A stretch of 64,000 nt of DNA from Methanothrix sp. (GCA_963682135.1 OY821645.1:2880001-2944000), one strand, 5' to 3'; positions 52,572 to 62,552 are shown, counted from the first letter of the stretch. Numbers and translations: made by a program. The notes: generated by a model from the sequence alone, not told the origin.

Positions 52572-53607
52572 GGAGCGGTTGTTGGATCTGCCCGTTGGCT
52601 ACGCTGCGATTCTGGCAGACTTGAAGGATCAGATTAAAGGTGCCAGGCTAAAAGCAGGGCTGGAAGTAAACCGCGAGCTGGTGCTCTTGTACTGGAGAAT
52701 TGGAAAGCAGATTAGGACGCAGCAGCATGAAGAGGGATGGGGCTCTAAGGTTATTGAACGACTATCTCTAGATCTCCTACGAGAGTTTCCGGAGATGAAG
52801 GGTCTGTCGTCTCGGAATTTGAAGTACATGAGAGCATTTTACGAGGCTTACCCTGATGAAGCAATTGTGCAGCAGCTTGCTGCACAAATTCCATGGTTTC
52901 ATAATTGTGTATTGTTAGATAAAGTTAAACGCCCTGAAGAACGCGTTTGGTATATCCGCCAGAACATCTCCCACGGTTGGAGCAGAAATGTACTGGTCCA
53001 CCAGATCGAGAGCGGCCTGTTCGAGCGACAGGGGCGAGCGCTGGTTAACTTCAACAGAACGCTGCCTGCACCCCAATCTGAGTTGGCCAGGCAGATTCTC
53101 AAAGACCCGTACAACTTCGATTTCCTGACTCTGGGCAAAGAGGCGCAGGAGCGGGATCTGGAAGAGGCACTGCTCAGTCATCTACGGGAGTTCTTGCTGG
53201 AGCTTGGCGTGGGATTTGCCTTTGTGGGAAGCCAGTATCACCTAGAAGTTGGAGATCAGGACTATTATATTGACCTTCTATTTTACCATCTGAATCTGCG
53301 CTGCTATGTGGTTATCGACCTGAAGATCTCAGAGTTTCAGCCTGAGTTTGCGGGGAAGATGAACTTCTATCTCTCTGCCGTGGACGATATCTTGAGGCAT
53401 GCAGAGGATGAGCCATCGATTGGGATTGTGCTCTGCAAGGAAAAGAACCGGGTTATCGTGGAGTATGCATTGAAGGGCATCAATAAACCAATGGGCGTAG
53501 CGGATTATCAGCTCTCCACGGCACTGCCGGAGAATCTCAAAGGAAGCCTGCCAACGATTGAAGAGCTGGAAGCAGAACTGGAAGGGGCAAGGGGAGACGA
53601 AATATGA
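52561..53607 (+). CDS. YhcG / DUF1016 PD-(D/E)XK protein
   Basis: [46 protein letters not shown]. Confidence 0.93.
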   Translation: MMSEERLLDLPVGYAAILADLKDQIKGARLKAGLEVNRELVLLYWRIGKQIRTQQHEEGWGSKVIERLSLDLLREFPEMKGLSSRNLKYMRAFYEAYPDEAIVQQLAAQIPWFHNCVLLDKVKRPEERVWYIRQNISHGWSRNVLVHQIESGLFERQGRALVNFNRTLPAPQSELARQILKDPYNFDFLTLGKEAQERDLEEALLSHLREFLLELGVGFAFVGSQYHLEVGDQDYYIDLLFYHLNLRCYVVIDLKISEFQPEFAGKMNFYLSAVDDILRHAEDEPSIGIVLCKEKNRVIVEYALKGINKPMGVADYQLSTALPENLKGSLPTIEELEAELEGARGDEI

Positions 53608-53823
53608 GAAGAACGATCGGGCATGGAATCTCTTGGGCTTATGTGATGGGCGACATCAACGTATTCAAACTACTTCGTTTCTCTAATGTTTTTGGATTCA
53701 AGATAATCCAGACACTGTCTGGACTACTATTTTGGCTGCACTTGTTTTTGGCCAAATTGAACCAAGCCATACGATTCAGGAGAGAGATTATATCGATTGG
53801 TGAAGTATCAGGGAGAAACAGAG

Positions 53824-54294
53824 ATGACTCATTTTATTGAATGGCTTGGCATTCCTGGTAATGCCGCTTTTGCTGCATCAGTTCTTTCTTTGGTTTCCAT
53901 TGGCATTGCTAGTGCAGCGATGTACACAAGTTGGAGAACCCAGAAACGGCAAGTTGAGATCGAGGAGATACGAGAAAGAGACAGACAAAGGGGGATGCGT
54001 AAAGCAGATCTCGTAGCAAGACTAAAGGATGACGATGGAAGGGATCTTTTGGTCATTGAGAACAAAGGACCTGCGGAGGCTAGTGAGATAGTAATACTTC
54101 TCAATGGCAAACCACTATCTGAATACCAGGGGTTTGTGGGTGGCCAACCGGATATTCGAAGGGTGGGACCATATTCATCTTATCACTACCTCATGGCACT
54201 TACTATGGGTATGGACCTTTCCTTTGAGATTACTATTGCATGGGTTGACGATTCAGGAGAAGCTGGGCGTTATCTGACAACCTTAACTTACTAG
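53824..54294 (+). CDS. Hypothetical protein with N-terminal TM helix and beta-rich C-domain
   Basis: FAASVLSLVSIGIASAAMY TM segment, charged helix, LVIENKGPAEA. Confidence 0.65.
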   Translation: MTHFIEWLGIPGNAAFAASVLSLVSIGIASAAMYTSWRTQKRQVEIEEIRERDRQRGMRKADLVARLKDDDGRDLLVIENKGPAEASEIVILLNGKPLSEYQGFVGGQPDIRRVGPYSSYHYLMALTMGMDLSFEITIAWVDDSGEAGRYLTTLTY

Positions 54295-54363
54295 AGATAG
54301 CAGAAATGAACCATACACAAGTACTTTGGATAACTAGGTCTAAGAACCTTCGAGGTCTGGGCA

Positions 54364-55731
54364 ATGGTTCTTGAAAAAACCTCTCCGTTGGGACCACTTC
54401 CATATGGCTGGAAATTGGTCCCCTTAGCTGACCTTACTCTAAAAATTGGGAGCGGAGCTACACCGCTCGGCGGAGATGCAGTATATTTGGAAGCCAGAGA
54501 CAAGTATGCGTTGATCCACAGTCAGAATGTCTATGATCGAAGATTTGACTCACAGAACCTTGCTTTCATATCGGACCAAGATGCACATCGCTTGGATGGA
54601 GTTAAGGTACGGCCAAGAGATATTCTGCTAAATATAACTGGAGATGGAATTACATTTGCTAGAGCCTGTATGGTAGAAGAAACGATACTTCCTGCGAGAG
54701 TTAACCAACATGTCTCTATCATCAGAGCCAAAGAAGACTTGCTGGATCCAGGATTTCTATTTTCCTATTTAACTCACCCCCAAATAAAATATTATATGGA
54801 GAGTTTTAATGCAGGAGGAAGCCGTCGTGCGCTGACCAAAGGACATATTGAGTCTTTCCAGATACCGCTTCCACCAATTAATGAACAGCGCGCCATCGCT
54901 CACATACTCGGCTCTCTGGATGACAAGATCGAGGCCAACCGCCGCATGAACGAGACCCTGGAGGCCATGGCCCGCACGCTCTTCAAGTCCTGGTTCGTTG
55001 ACTTCGACCCTGTGCGCGCGCGGGCGGAGGGGCGGGCACCCGCTGGCATGGGCGCAGAGACGGCGGCGCTGTTTCCCGATAGCTTCGAGGAGCAGGAGGG
55101 GCGGATTGTGCCGAGGGGATGGAGGGTTGGAAGGGTAAGCGACCTTTGCAGCGCGATCTATAGTGGAGGAACACCAAGTACAGATAGACCTGAGTATTGG
55201 AATGGTGAGATCTCGTGGCTTTCATCTGGCGAGACAAGAGAGAAGTTCATTATCGGCACAAAGAGACAAATCACAACTGCTGGTGTGTCGAACTCTAGTG
55301 CGCGGCTGGCACTCTCTCGATCGACCGTGATAGCAAGCGCAGGGCAGGGAAATACTCGTGGTCAAACATCTATGCTTACGATAGATTGTTACATTAATCA
55401 GTCAGTGGTAGCGCTCGTTGCGAAACCAGAAATTAGTTCTCAATATCACCTTTTCTTTGATCTCGAACGACGCTATGAAGAGTTCAGGAGGATTTCTGAT
55501 GCACACAGTTCTCGCGGAAGTTTGACGACGAAATTGCTGGCTGGATTAAATGCAATGATGCCAGAGCACTCAGTCATTCATTGTTTTGATGATGTTGTCG
55601 GGGCAATGATAGAGCGAGTTATAGGAAACCTTCAGGAATCCCATACACTTGCAGCTTTGCGGGATTCGTTGTTGCCCAAATTCATTAGTGGAGAGATGTG
55701 CATTAATGATGCAAAGACTTTATTATTGTGA
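54364..55731 (+). CDS. hsdS: Type I R-M specificity subunit
   Basis: Two TRDs (GSGATP, SGGTPS), central PPINEQRAIAHILGSLDDKIE, end LRDSLLPKFISGE. Confidence 0.95.
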   Translation: MVLEKTSPLGPLPYGWKLVPLADLTLKIGSGATPLGGDAVYLEARDKYALIHSQNVYDRRFDSQNLAFISDQDAHRLDGVKVRPRDILLNITGDGITFARACMVEETILPARVNQHVSIIRAKEDLLDPGFLFSYLTHPQIKYYMESFNAGGSRRALTKGHIESFQIPLPPINEQRAIAHILGSLDDKIEANRRMNETLEAMARTLFKSWFVDFDPVRARAEGRAPAGMGAETAALFPDSFEEQEGRIVPRGWRVGRVSDLCSAIYSGGTPSTDRPEYWNGEISWLSSGETREKFIIGTKRQITTAGVSNSSARLALSRSTVIASAGQGNTRGQTSMLTIDCYINQSVVALVAKPEISSQYHLFFDLERRYEEFRRISDAHSSRGSLTTKLLAGLNAMMPEHSVIHCFDDVVGAMIERVIGNLQESHTLAALRDSLLPKFISGEMCINDAKTLLL

Positions 55732-55770
55732 CTATAAACGGAATATTAATGCAAAAAAATAAAGAGGAAT

Positions 55771-56163
55771 TTGATGTCACCTAAACGAGTATTCATTAGT
55801 TTTGATTTTGACCATGATGAAGCCCTTCGTAGTCTCTTGGTAGGTCAAGCAAAGAATCCTGAATCTCCATTTAGCATTTCAGATTGGTCCGTTAAGGAAC
55901 CTATGACAGGCAATTGGAAGGAGAAGGTGCGTGAGCGTATTCGCAGAACGGATTTGACTATTGTCATATGTGGCGAGTGGACTCATACGGCCACAGGCGT
56001 AGCAGAAGAGTTGAAGATTACTCGCGAAGAAAGCAAACCATATTTCTTGCTCAGTGGATACGGTGATAAAACCTGCACCAAACCAACTTCTGCATTATCG
56101 TCTGATGGGATTTACAAATGGACATGGGATAATCTGAAATTACTTATCGACGGTAGGAGGTAA
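55771..56163 (+). CDS. Stand-alone TIR domain protein (MTH538/ThsB-like)
   Basis: RVFISFDFDHD, DWSVKEP, TIVICGEWT, GVAEEL with a Glu at the expected catalytic position. Confidence 0.85.
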   Translation: MMSPKRVFISFDFDHDEALRSLLVGQAKNPESPFSISDWSVKEPMTGNWKEKVRERIRRTDLTIVICGEWTHTATGVAEELKITREESKPYFLLSGYGDKTCTKPTSALSSDGIYKWTWDNLKLLIDGRR

Positions 56164-56166
56164 TAA

Positions 56167-56658
56167 ATGGTCGGTGAGCCTCCATCCCAACTGATTCGGC
56201 AGACGAAGGAAAGCTATGGTGAATCCTTCAAGACGGACCTCTTCGAGCAGTACAAGCTTTATATTGCGTCATCTGAGAAGATAAGCGAGCGACGGGTATC
56301 GTCGAACAATTACCTGCTTACTGTCAACGCATTTCTTGTAACTTCGTATGGGTTGCTCGCTGCAAGCCAATACAAAAGCTACTGGATAATTTTGGTGCCA
56401 ATTGCTGGCGTTCTCGTCTCTTTGACGTGGTATCGAATCATTACCTCATATCGTAATCTTAACCGTGTAAAATTTAAAGTAATCAATGAGATCGAGAAAC
56501 AGATGCCTGCTGCGCTTTACGAGTATGAGTGGAAAATAGCGGAAGAGGGAAAAGGCAAGACATACCGACCATTATCACATTTGGAGCAATGGATTCCGAT
56601 TATTTTTATAATACTCTATGGTTCAGTTACGCTAATTAATTTAGTGTGTGTGATCTGA
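56167..56658 (+). CDS. Small multi-TM membrane protein (resembles the RipA-type oligomeric membrane family)
   Basis: FEQYKLY..SSEKISERR..SNNYLLTVN, TM helices, WYRIITSYRNLNRVKFKVINEIEK, C-terminal TM helix. Confidence 0.78.
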   Translation: MVGEPPSQLIRQTKESYGESFKTDLFEQYKLYIASSEKISERRVSSNNYLLTVNAFLVTSYGLLAASQYKSYWIILVPIAGVLVSLTWYRIITSYRNLNRVKFKVINEIEKQMPAALYEYEWKIAEEGKGKTYRPLSHLEQWIPIIFIILYGSVTLINLVCVI

Positions 56659-56777
56659 TGATGTCGATTATCGAATCAGATGTTGAGCCCGCCGCCTTCT
56701 ATCTCGGCCCACTGCCAAAGTTTATTCCCTATGAGATTATGATAGATATGAAGAATCCGTTGGAGACCAAAACATGA
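56658..56777 (+). pseudogene. Probable hsdR 5' stub
   Basis: TGATG-coupled ORF MMSIIESDVEPAAFYLGP resembling HsdR N-termini (xxESxVExAA...GP); no helicase motifs follow. Confidence 0.5.
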
Positions 56778-58033
56778 CTAAAGGCGACCGCGTCAAGCAA
56801 TCGGTTCCAAGAATCGAGTATTTGAAAATAAAAAACTATAGAGCCCTACATAACCTTGAGCTGAGAGGCATCACTCCTCTAACGGTTTTTCTTGGGCCAA
56901 ACGGCAGCGGAAAATCTACCATCTTCGATGTTTTTGCCTTCCTATCGGAATGCTTTTCAGTGGGCCTTAGAAAAGCACTTGATAAACGGGGTCGGTTCAA
57001 GGAGCTTCGTACTCGTGGCTCCAGCGGTCCTATTGAGATCGAGCTGAAATATCGCGAGAGAAGTGACATGCCTCTCATCACCTATCATCTCTCCCTTGAC
57101 GAAGGCATCACAGGCCCTTATGTCGTGGAGGAATGGCTGCAATGGAGGAGAGGTCAGCAAGGAAAACCCTTTAGGTTTCTCGATTTTAAGAATGGAGAGG
57201 GACAGGTAATTGCTGGAGAAAATCCGGTTGAAATCGGCGATCGGATCCATGAGATGCTCACGTCTTCGGATATGCTTGCGGTGAATGCTCTTGGCCAGCT
57301 TGCTAAAAATCCCAGAGTCAGTGCTCTGCGCCAGTTCGTAACCGGATGGTACCTTTCATATCTTACTGCAGATAGCACGCGAGGATTCTCTGAGCCAGGT
57401 CCTGAGGAGCGACTGTCTGCAACCGGCGATAACCTGCCCAATGTTATTCAGTATTTAAAAGAACAGCATAAGGATCGTTTGAACCTGATTTTGGATACAT
57501 TATCACATCGTGTTCCTAGACTTGAGAAAGTTGACTCCGAATTTATGCCCGACGGTAGGCTTCTTTTGCAGATTAAGGACGCTCCTTTTGAGCAGCCGAT
57601 ACTGGCGAAATTCGCATCTGACGGCACCCTTAAAATGCTGGCCTACCTCACTTTGCTCTATGATCCACATCCACCTCAGCTCATAGGAATTGAAGAGCCG
57701 GAAAATCAGCTTCACCCCAGGCTCTTGCCGGAACTCGCAGAAGAGTGCAGACAGGCAACAGCCCGAACCCAGCTTATGGTCACTTCCCATTCACCTTTCT
57801 TTGTAAATGGCCTGAGGCCAGAGGAGCTTTGGGTACTCTACAGAGATGAACAGGGTTACACACAGGCACGTCGTTCTGCAGATATGCGAGGCATTAAAGA
57901 GTTCATGGATGAGGGCGCACAGCTTGGTTACCTCTGGATGGAGGGTTACTTTGAGGTGGGCGATCCATTGACGGCGTCAGGTGGTCCAAAACACCCATCA
58001 TTAAGCCAAAATGCAAGGCTCCAAGCGGAGTAA
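56774..58033 (+). CDS. AAA_21 / ABC-type ATPase (defence-associated)
   Basis: [20 protein letters not shown] signature, [16 protein letters not shown]. Confidence 0.92.
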   Translation: MTKGDRVKQSVPRIEYLKIKNYRALHNLELRGITPLTVFLGPNGSGKSTIFDVFAFLSECFSVGLRKALDKRGRFKELRTRGSSGPIEIELKYRERSDMPLITYHLSLDEGITGPYVVEEWLQWRRGQQGKPFRFLDFKNGEGQVIAGENPVEIGDRIHEMLTSSDMLAVNALGQLAKNPRVSALRQFVTGWYLSYLTADSTRGFSEPGPEERLSATGDNLPNVIQYLKEQHKDRLNLILDTLSHRVPRLEKVDSEFMPDGRLLLQIKDAPFEQPILAKFASDGTLKMLAYLTLLYDPHPPQLIGIEEPENQLHPRLLPELAEECRQATARTQLMVTSHSPFFVNGLRPEELWVLYRDEQGYTQARRSADMRGIKEFMDEGAQLGYLWMEGYFEVGDPLTASGGPKHPSLSQNARLQAE

Positions 58034-58039
58034 TGATCC

Positions 58040-58669
58040 ATGCATATTATATTTTTAGTGGAAGAACTCTCTGCAGAGGCCGCCCTCCTCAACATAGTGC
58101 CCAAGATTCTGGGTGCAAGTGCATCTTTCGAGATCCATCCTTATCAGTGCAAAGACGATCTTCTCTCAAAATTGCCACGTGTTATGCGAGCCTACGCTAA
58201 ATGGTTGCCTGACGACTGGCGCATCGTGGTCCTGGTTGACGAAGATCGATCCGATTGTGATGCACTCAAGGAAAGAATGGAGCAGTCAGCAGTTGCTGCA
58301 AGACTGATAACCAAAACGATGGCTGGCAGCTCAAACCGCCATGCAAAGTTCCAGGTCTTGAACCGAATTTCCATAGAAGAGCTTGAAGCATGGTTTTTCG
58401 GGGATGTTCATGCACTCAATCAGGCTTATACGAGGGTTCCCAAGACACTTGGAGGCAGATCAAGATATAAAGATCCAGATTCAATTAAGGGAGGAACATG
58501 GGAGTCACTGGAACGTGAGCTAAAAAAGTCCGGGTATTTTCCCGGCGGTCTGCGCAAAATAGAAGCGGCAAAGACTATTTCCGCATTCATGGAACCGGAA
58601 ATAAATAATTCAAAAAGTTTTCAAGTATTCAGAGACGGCCTGAGAGAGATGGTTAGATGGGGGATATAA
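58040..58669 (+). CDS. DUF4276-like TOPRIM-fold protein
   Basis: IFLVEELS, VVLVDED, EELEAWFFGD, NNSKSF. Confidence 0.8.
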   Translation: MHIIFLVEELSAEAALLNIVPKILGASASFEIHPYQCKDDLLSKLPRVMRAYAKWLPDDWRIVVLVDEDRSDCDALKERMEQSAVAARLITKTMAGSSNRHAKFQVLNRISIEELEAWFFGDVHALNQAYTRVPKTLGGRSRYKDPDSIKGGTWESLERELKKSGYFPGGLRKIEAAKTISAFMEPEINNSKSFQVFRDGLREMVRWGI

Positions 58670-58720
58670 CTGAAATCGATATGATCTGCTATGAAAAAAG
58701 AGATAGAGGCCTTCAGCCTC

Positions 58721-60760
58721 TCACCCCATCGCATCTATCCGGCAGGCTGCCATCTTGTACTCCGGTATCTTGGCCACCGGATCGAGGGCATCGGAGGTTA
58801 TGATGTTGGTCCCCTGCCAGTGGAAGGGCATAAAGACCATTCCTGGACTTACCTTTTCCGTCACTCGGGCCCGAGCCTCTGTCTCTCCCCGAATCGTTTT
58901 CACCTTAACCATGCCATCATGGAGCACATTCAGCTCTGTTGCATCCTTTGGATTTATCTCAACATAAAGCTCAAAGTCCCTTTCCAGAAGCGAGGGACTG
59001 CGGCGCGTCATGGAGCCGCTGTTATAGTGAACAACAATTCTGCCGGTAGAGAGAAGCAGAGGATATTTCTCGCTGGTCTGCTCGGCTGCAGGTTTGTTCA
59101 CCACTGAGGCGATATTTGCCTTTCCATTTGGGTGGGCGAATCTCTCCCTGTGCAGGATATCCGTTCCGGGATGCTGCTCATCCGGACAGGGCCAGCGTAG
59201 TCCTCCGATCTTTGATATCCGCTCAAGGGTCATGCCGCCATACTGAGGCACAGTCCGGTTGATCTCCTCAAGCACCTGTGCGGCTGAAGGGCTGCCCAGA
59301 TCCAGTCCCATCCGTTTGCCGATCTCATTGATGATCCAGAGTCCCTCCTTCGCTTCGCCTACGGGAGGAACGGCCTGATTGATCCACTGCACCCGCCGCT
59401 CCATGGAGGTGTAGCTGCCATCTTTTTCCGCCCAGGCTGCTGCCGGCAGGACGAGATCTGCCATTCTTGCCGTGGCGGTCATGAATATCTCCTGCACAAT
59501 CAGATAGTCCAGGCTGTCCAGGGCAGCTCTTGTCTTGTTGATATTAGCATCGCAGATGACTGGATCTTCTCCAACGAGGTATAGGGCTTTGATGCGGCCT
59601 TCCAGAGCCGCTTCTGTCATCTCCGTGGAGGTCAATCCCGGCCCCAGGGGTAGATCGTCTGCATTCCAGGCAGCCTTAAAAAATTCCACGGACTTCGGGT
59701 CCGAGGCCTTCTTGTAGCCGGGATAGAACTCGGCCATGCCGCCCATATCGCAATTTCCCTGGACGTTGTTCTGTCCGCGCATGGGCCAGACACCAGCACC
59801 GGGCCGACCCATCTGGCCGCAGATTAGCGATAATGTGGCGCAGGCCTTGACGTTGTCTGTGCCGCAGATGTGCTGGGTTATGCCCATGGAGTAAAGCAGA
59901 GCGGACGCAGGAGATTTGGCGTAAATTCTGGCTGCTTTGATAATCTGCCCAGCCGAGACTCCGGTCAGCTCTGCTGTCTTCTCTATGGTAACTTCGCTGA
60001 GATTGGCCAGAAGCTGTGCAAATCCCTCTGTTCTCTCGTTGATGAACTTTTTATCAATCAAGCCCTCATCCACTATCACCTTCATCATGCCTCTCAAGAG
60101 GTCAATGTCACTGCCGGGCTTGATTCTCAGGTGCATATCCGCCATCCAGGAGGTGGAGGTGATGCGCGGGTCGGCCACGATCACCACTGCCCCATTGTCT
60201 TTGGCTTTTTGCGCCCAGCGAGAGACGATGGGATGGGCCTCGGTGAAGTTTGTGCCTATGGCAAAGATGCACTGGGAGTTTTGCAGGTCGATAAGATTGT
60301 TAGTCATAGCTCCCGTTCCCAGGACCGCGCCAAGCCCTACCACGGTAGGCGAATGGCAGAGGCGAGCGCAATTGTCTACATTCGGTGATCCTAAGAGGCG
60401 GGCCAGCTTTTGCATCTGATAGTCCTCTTCATTATTGCAGCGAGATGAGACCAAAAATCCCAGAGATTTGGCCCCGTGATTCCTGATATTTCGGGCCAAT
60501 CCGCCGGCAGCCAGGTCCAGGGCCTCTTCCCAGGAGATTCTGACAAAATCTTCACCCATTCTCTTCATGGGATACTTGAGTCTCTCCTCGTGATTCAGGA
60601 CCTCCAGAACAGCGTTGCCTTTGGGACAGAGTGCGCCCTCACAGGCTGGGTGGTCGGCCATATACTCAATGCCGATAGCTTTGTCCTTCTCTACTACCAG
60701 ATACATACCGCAACCCACTGCACAGTAGGGGCAAAGAGATGGCACTAATTTTGTAGACAA
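58721..60760 (-). CDS. fdhA: Formate dehydrogenase alpha subunit (Cys form)
   Basis: CPYCAVGC, LCPKG, DNCARLCHSP, RGQNNVQG, PEYKMAA. Confidence 0.95.
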   Translation of the reverse strand: MSTKLVPSLCPYCAVGCGMYLVVEKDKAIGIEYMADHPACEGALCPKGNAVLEVLNHEERLKYPMKRMGEDFVRISWEEALDLAAGGLARNIRNHGAKSLGFLVSSRCNNEEDYQMQKLARLLGSPNVDNCARLCHSPTVVGLGAVLGTGAMTNNLIDLQNSQCIFAIGTNFTEAHPIVSRWAQKAKDNGAVVIVADPRITSTSWMADMHLRIKPGSDIDLLRGMMKVIVDEGLIDKKFINERTEGFAQLLANLSEVTIEKTAELTGVSAGQIIKAARIYAKSPASALLYSMGITQHICGTDNVKACATLSLICGQMGRPGAGVWPMRGQNNVQGNCDMGGMAEFYPGYKKASDPKSVEFFKAAWNADDLPLGPGLTSTEMTEAALEGRIKALYLVGEDPVICDANINKTRAALDSLDYLIVQEIFMTATARMADLVLPAAAWAEKDGSYTSMERRVQWINQAVPPVGEAKEGLWIINEIGKRMGLDLGSPSAAQVLEEINRTVPQYGGMTLERISKIGGLRWPCPDEQHPGTDILHRERFAHPNGKANIASVVNKPAAEQTSEKYPLLLSTGRIVVHYNSGSMTRRSPSLLERDFELYVEINPKDATELNVLHDGMVKVKTIRGETEARARVTEKVSPGMVFMPFHWQGTNIITSDALDPVAKIPEYKMAACRIDAMG

Positions 60761-61069
60761 TTAAAATCCTCCGAAAGTAAGAGACAGGCTTCAGGGCAGA
60801 ACGAAATCATCGGGTCTTGTCGCCAATGGCTACCCCGAATATATTCTATTGCGATATAATGAATCGTACCCGGCATATCGTCCCTGCCGCCATACTCATT
60901 CCGCCATGGGTTTAATAACGTTTGCATTGTGGCTTACTTTCTGTAAAATGGTAAATAAAAAGCGAGGCCAATTTCGTACAAATTCGCTCTATTATCATCA
61001 AACATAACATTCAAATACGATAAATATATAGAACTATCTAGTCGCTATCTTGGCCAGGGAGGGAATGAA

Positions 61070-61927
61070 ATGAAGAGATTGCTTATTTTGGCAGCGCTTG
61101 CTACTCTGTTAATTAGCATGGCAGGTGCGGCCAACTACATGTACGAAAAGGGATCCGTCAAGGGTGTTGGCTACAAGAATGTGGAGATGATCATCTCTAC
61201 CCAGACTGGCTTTAATGGCCAGAAGCTGGTGGAGAAGGAATCTGGTTCCGGCAACGTCATCACTGAGAGAACTGAGCTTGAGGCTGAAAGACAGCTCAAA
61301 AGGGACTACATGCCAATTAGCTGGGAGATAGTGAGAAATGGCTATATAATCCAAATCACAGGTAGTTGTGTATGGCCCACCGGCATTCATTGTCCCATGG
61401 ACTACATCAACTTCACCAAGGAAGCTGAGTTTGAGTACATGCCAGTCTCTTACCAGACTGGTTCATATGACCAGAAGTGGATTGAGAAGCTGTGTGTGCA
61501 GAATTACAGGATCGGTGCAGTTCTCACTGAGATGTACACCCATGCAGAGCATTTGCAGAAGAGCACCGAAGTCAAAACCAGAGGATACTCCAATCTCAAT
61601 TTAAGCCAGAAAGCAGATGATGCATCAATTCAATGGCCTCAATGGCCCAAGCCGCCGATTATATGGCCTGTAACAATGCTATCACCCTGCCCTGCATGCT
61701 GTACTGGCGTCCTTGAGGCCAACTTGAACAGCAACGTCATTGGCGTTGCCCACATCGGCTGGATTTCCAGAGATCCTGATGCGGATGATCAGCTCAAGGG
61801 TCGCCATGCCGAGTATGGCAGGTCAGTCGAAGACCTGACTGGTGTATTCTCCATAGAGAAGTTCATCCAGCTCTGGGGAAACTCAACATGCGGAGCCATA
61901 AGCGTTGACTGGCTGCCGTGCGTTTGA
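61070..61927 (+). CDS. Secreted beta-rich Cys-containing protein, candidate sheath (MspA-like) protein
   Basis: Strong RBS, signal peptide ending AGA, EKESGSG, many Cys, C-terminus WLPCV; the MspA link is from recall only. Confidence 0.6.
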   Translation: MKRLLILAALATLLISMAGAANYMYEKGSVKGVGYKNVEMIISTQTGFNGQKLVEKESGSGNVITERTELEAERQLKRDYMPISWEIVRNGYIIQITGSCVWPTGIHCPMDYINFTKEAEFEYMPVSYQTGSYDQKWIEKLCVQNYRIGAVLTEMYTHAEHLQKSTEVKTRGYSNLNLSQKADDASIQWPQWPKPPIIWPVTMLSPCPACCTGVLEANLNSNVIGVAHIGWISRDPDADDQLKGRHAEYGRSVEDLTGVFSIEKFIQLWGNSTCGAISVDWLPCV

Positions 61928-61975
61928 TTGTTGCGGATATCCTGCTACCTTTTTTCCAAAATCGTAGACAAATCG

Positions 61976-62536
61976 CTAGATCACACCCTTGGTGCTGGGA
62001 ACACCCGTTCCCTCTTTCCTGACCGCCTCACGAATAGCAAAGCCCAGAGCCTTAAAGATGCTTTCTATTTTGTGGTGATCGTTCTCGCCGTAAAAGCGCA
62101 CGTTCAAAGTGAGCCTGGCACCGACACAGATCGCCTCCAGAAATGGCTGCAAGAGCTGGGCCTCTAAGTCGCCAATCCTATCGCTCTGAAACTCTCCAGT
62201 CATGACCAGATAGGGCCGGCCGCTGAAATCAAGAGCTACATCGGCCAGGGCCTCGTCCATGGGCACAGAAGAGGAGCCATAGCGGCGAATTCCGATGCGC
62301 TCCCCCAGGCTCGCATCCAGAGCCAGGCCGATGGCCTCGCCCAGGGCCTGCGTTTTGTAAAAGCCCGGCTCCGCCTGGGCCGTCAGGTCCAAGAGAGCCG
62401 TCCGGGCCAGAGCTGTAAGCATGTGATCCAGAAATCCTGATCCCGTGTTGACCGTCGCCTTGCCGGAGCCATCCAGGTCCAGACAGGCTCTGGCCTTGCA
62501 CTCGCGAAACAATCCCTGTGCTTCTCCTTTTCTCAT
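61976..62536 (-). CDS. hisB: Imidazoleglycerol-phosphate dehydratase
   Basis: TGSGFLDHML, GIRRYG, PMDEALA, GENDHHKIES, PSTKG; the first DxHH motif is absent. Confidence 0.85.
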   Translation of the reverse strand: MRKGEAQGLFRECKARACLDLDGSGKATVNTGSGFLDHMLTALARTALLDLTAQAEPGFYKTQALGEAIGLALDASLGERIGIRRYGSSSVPMDEALADVALDFSGRPYLVMTGEFQSDRIGDLEAQLLQPFLEAICVGARLTLNVRFYGENDHHKIESIFKALGFAIREAVRKEGTGVPSTKGVI

Positions 62537-62552
62537 AATCTTCAATCCTCCT

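Noticed and set aside
44450-60760. Selenocysteine or pyrrolysine recoding in fwdB or fdhA
   Set aside because: Both have Cys at the metal-ligand position and uninterrupted frames
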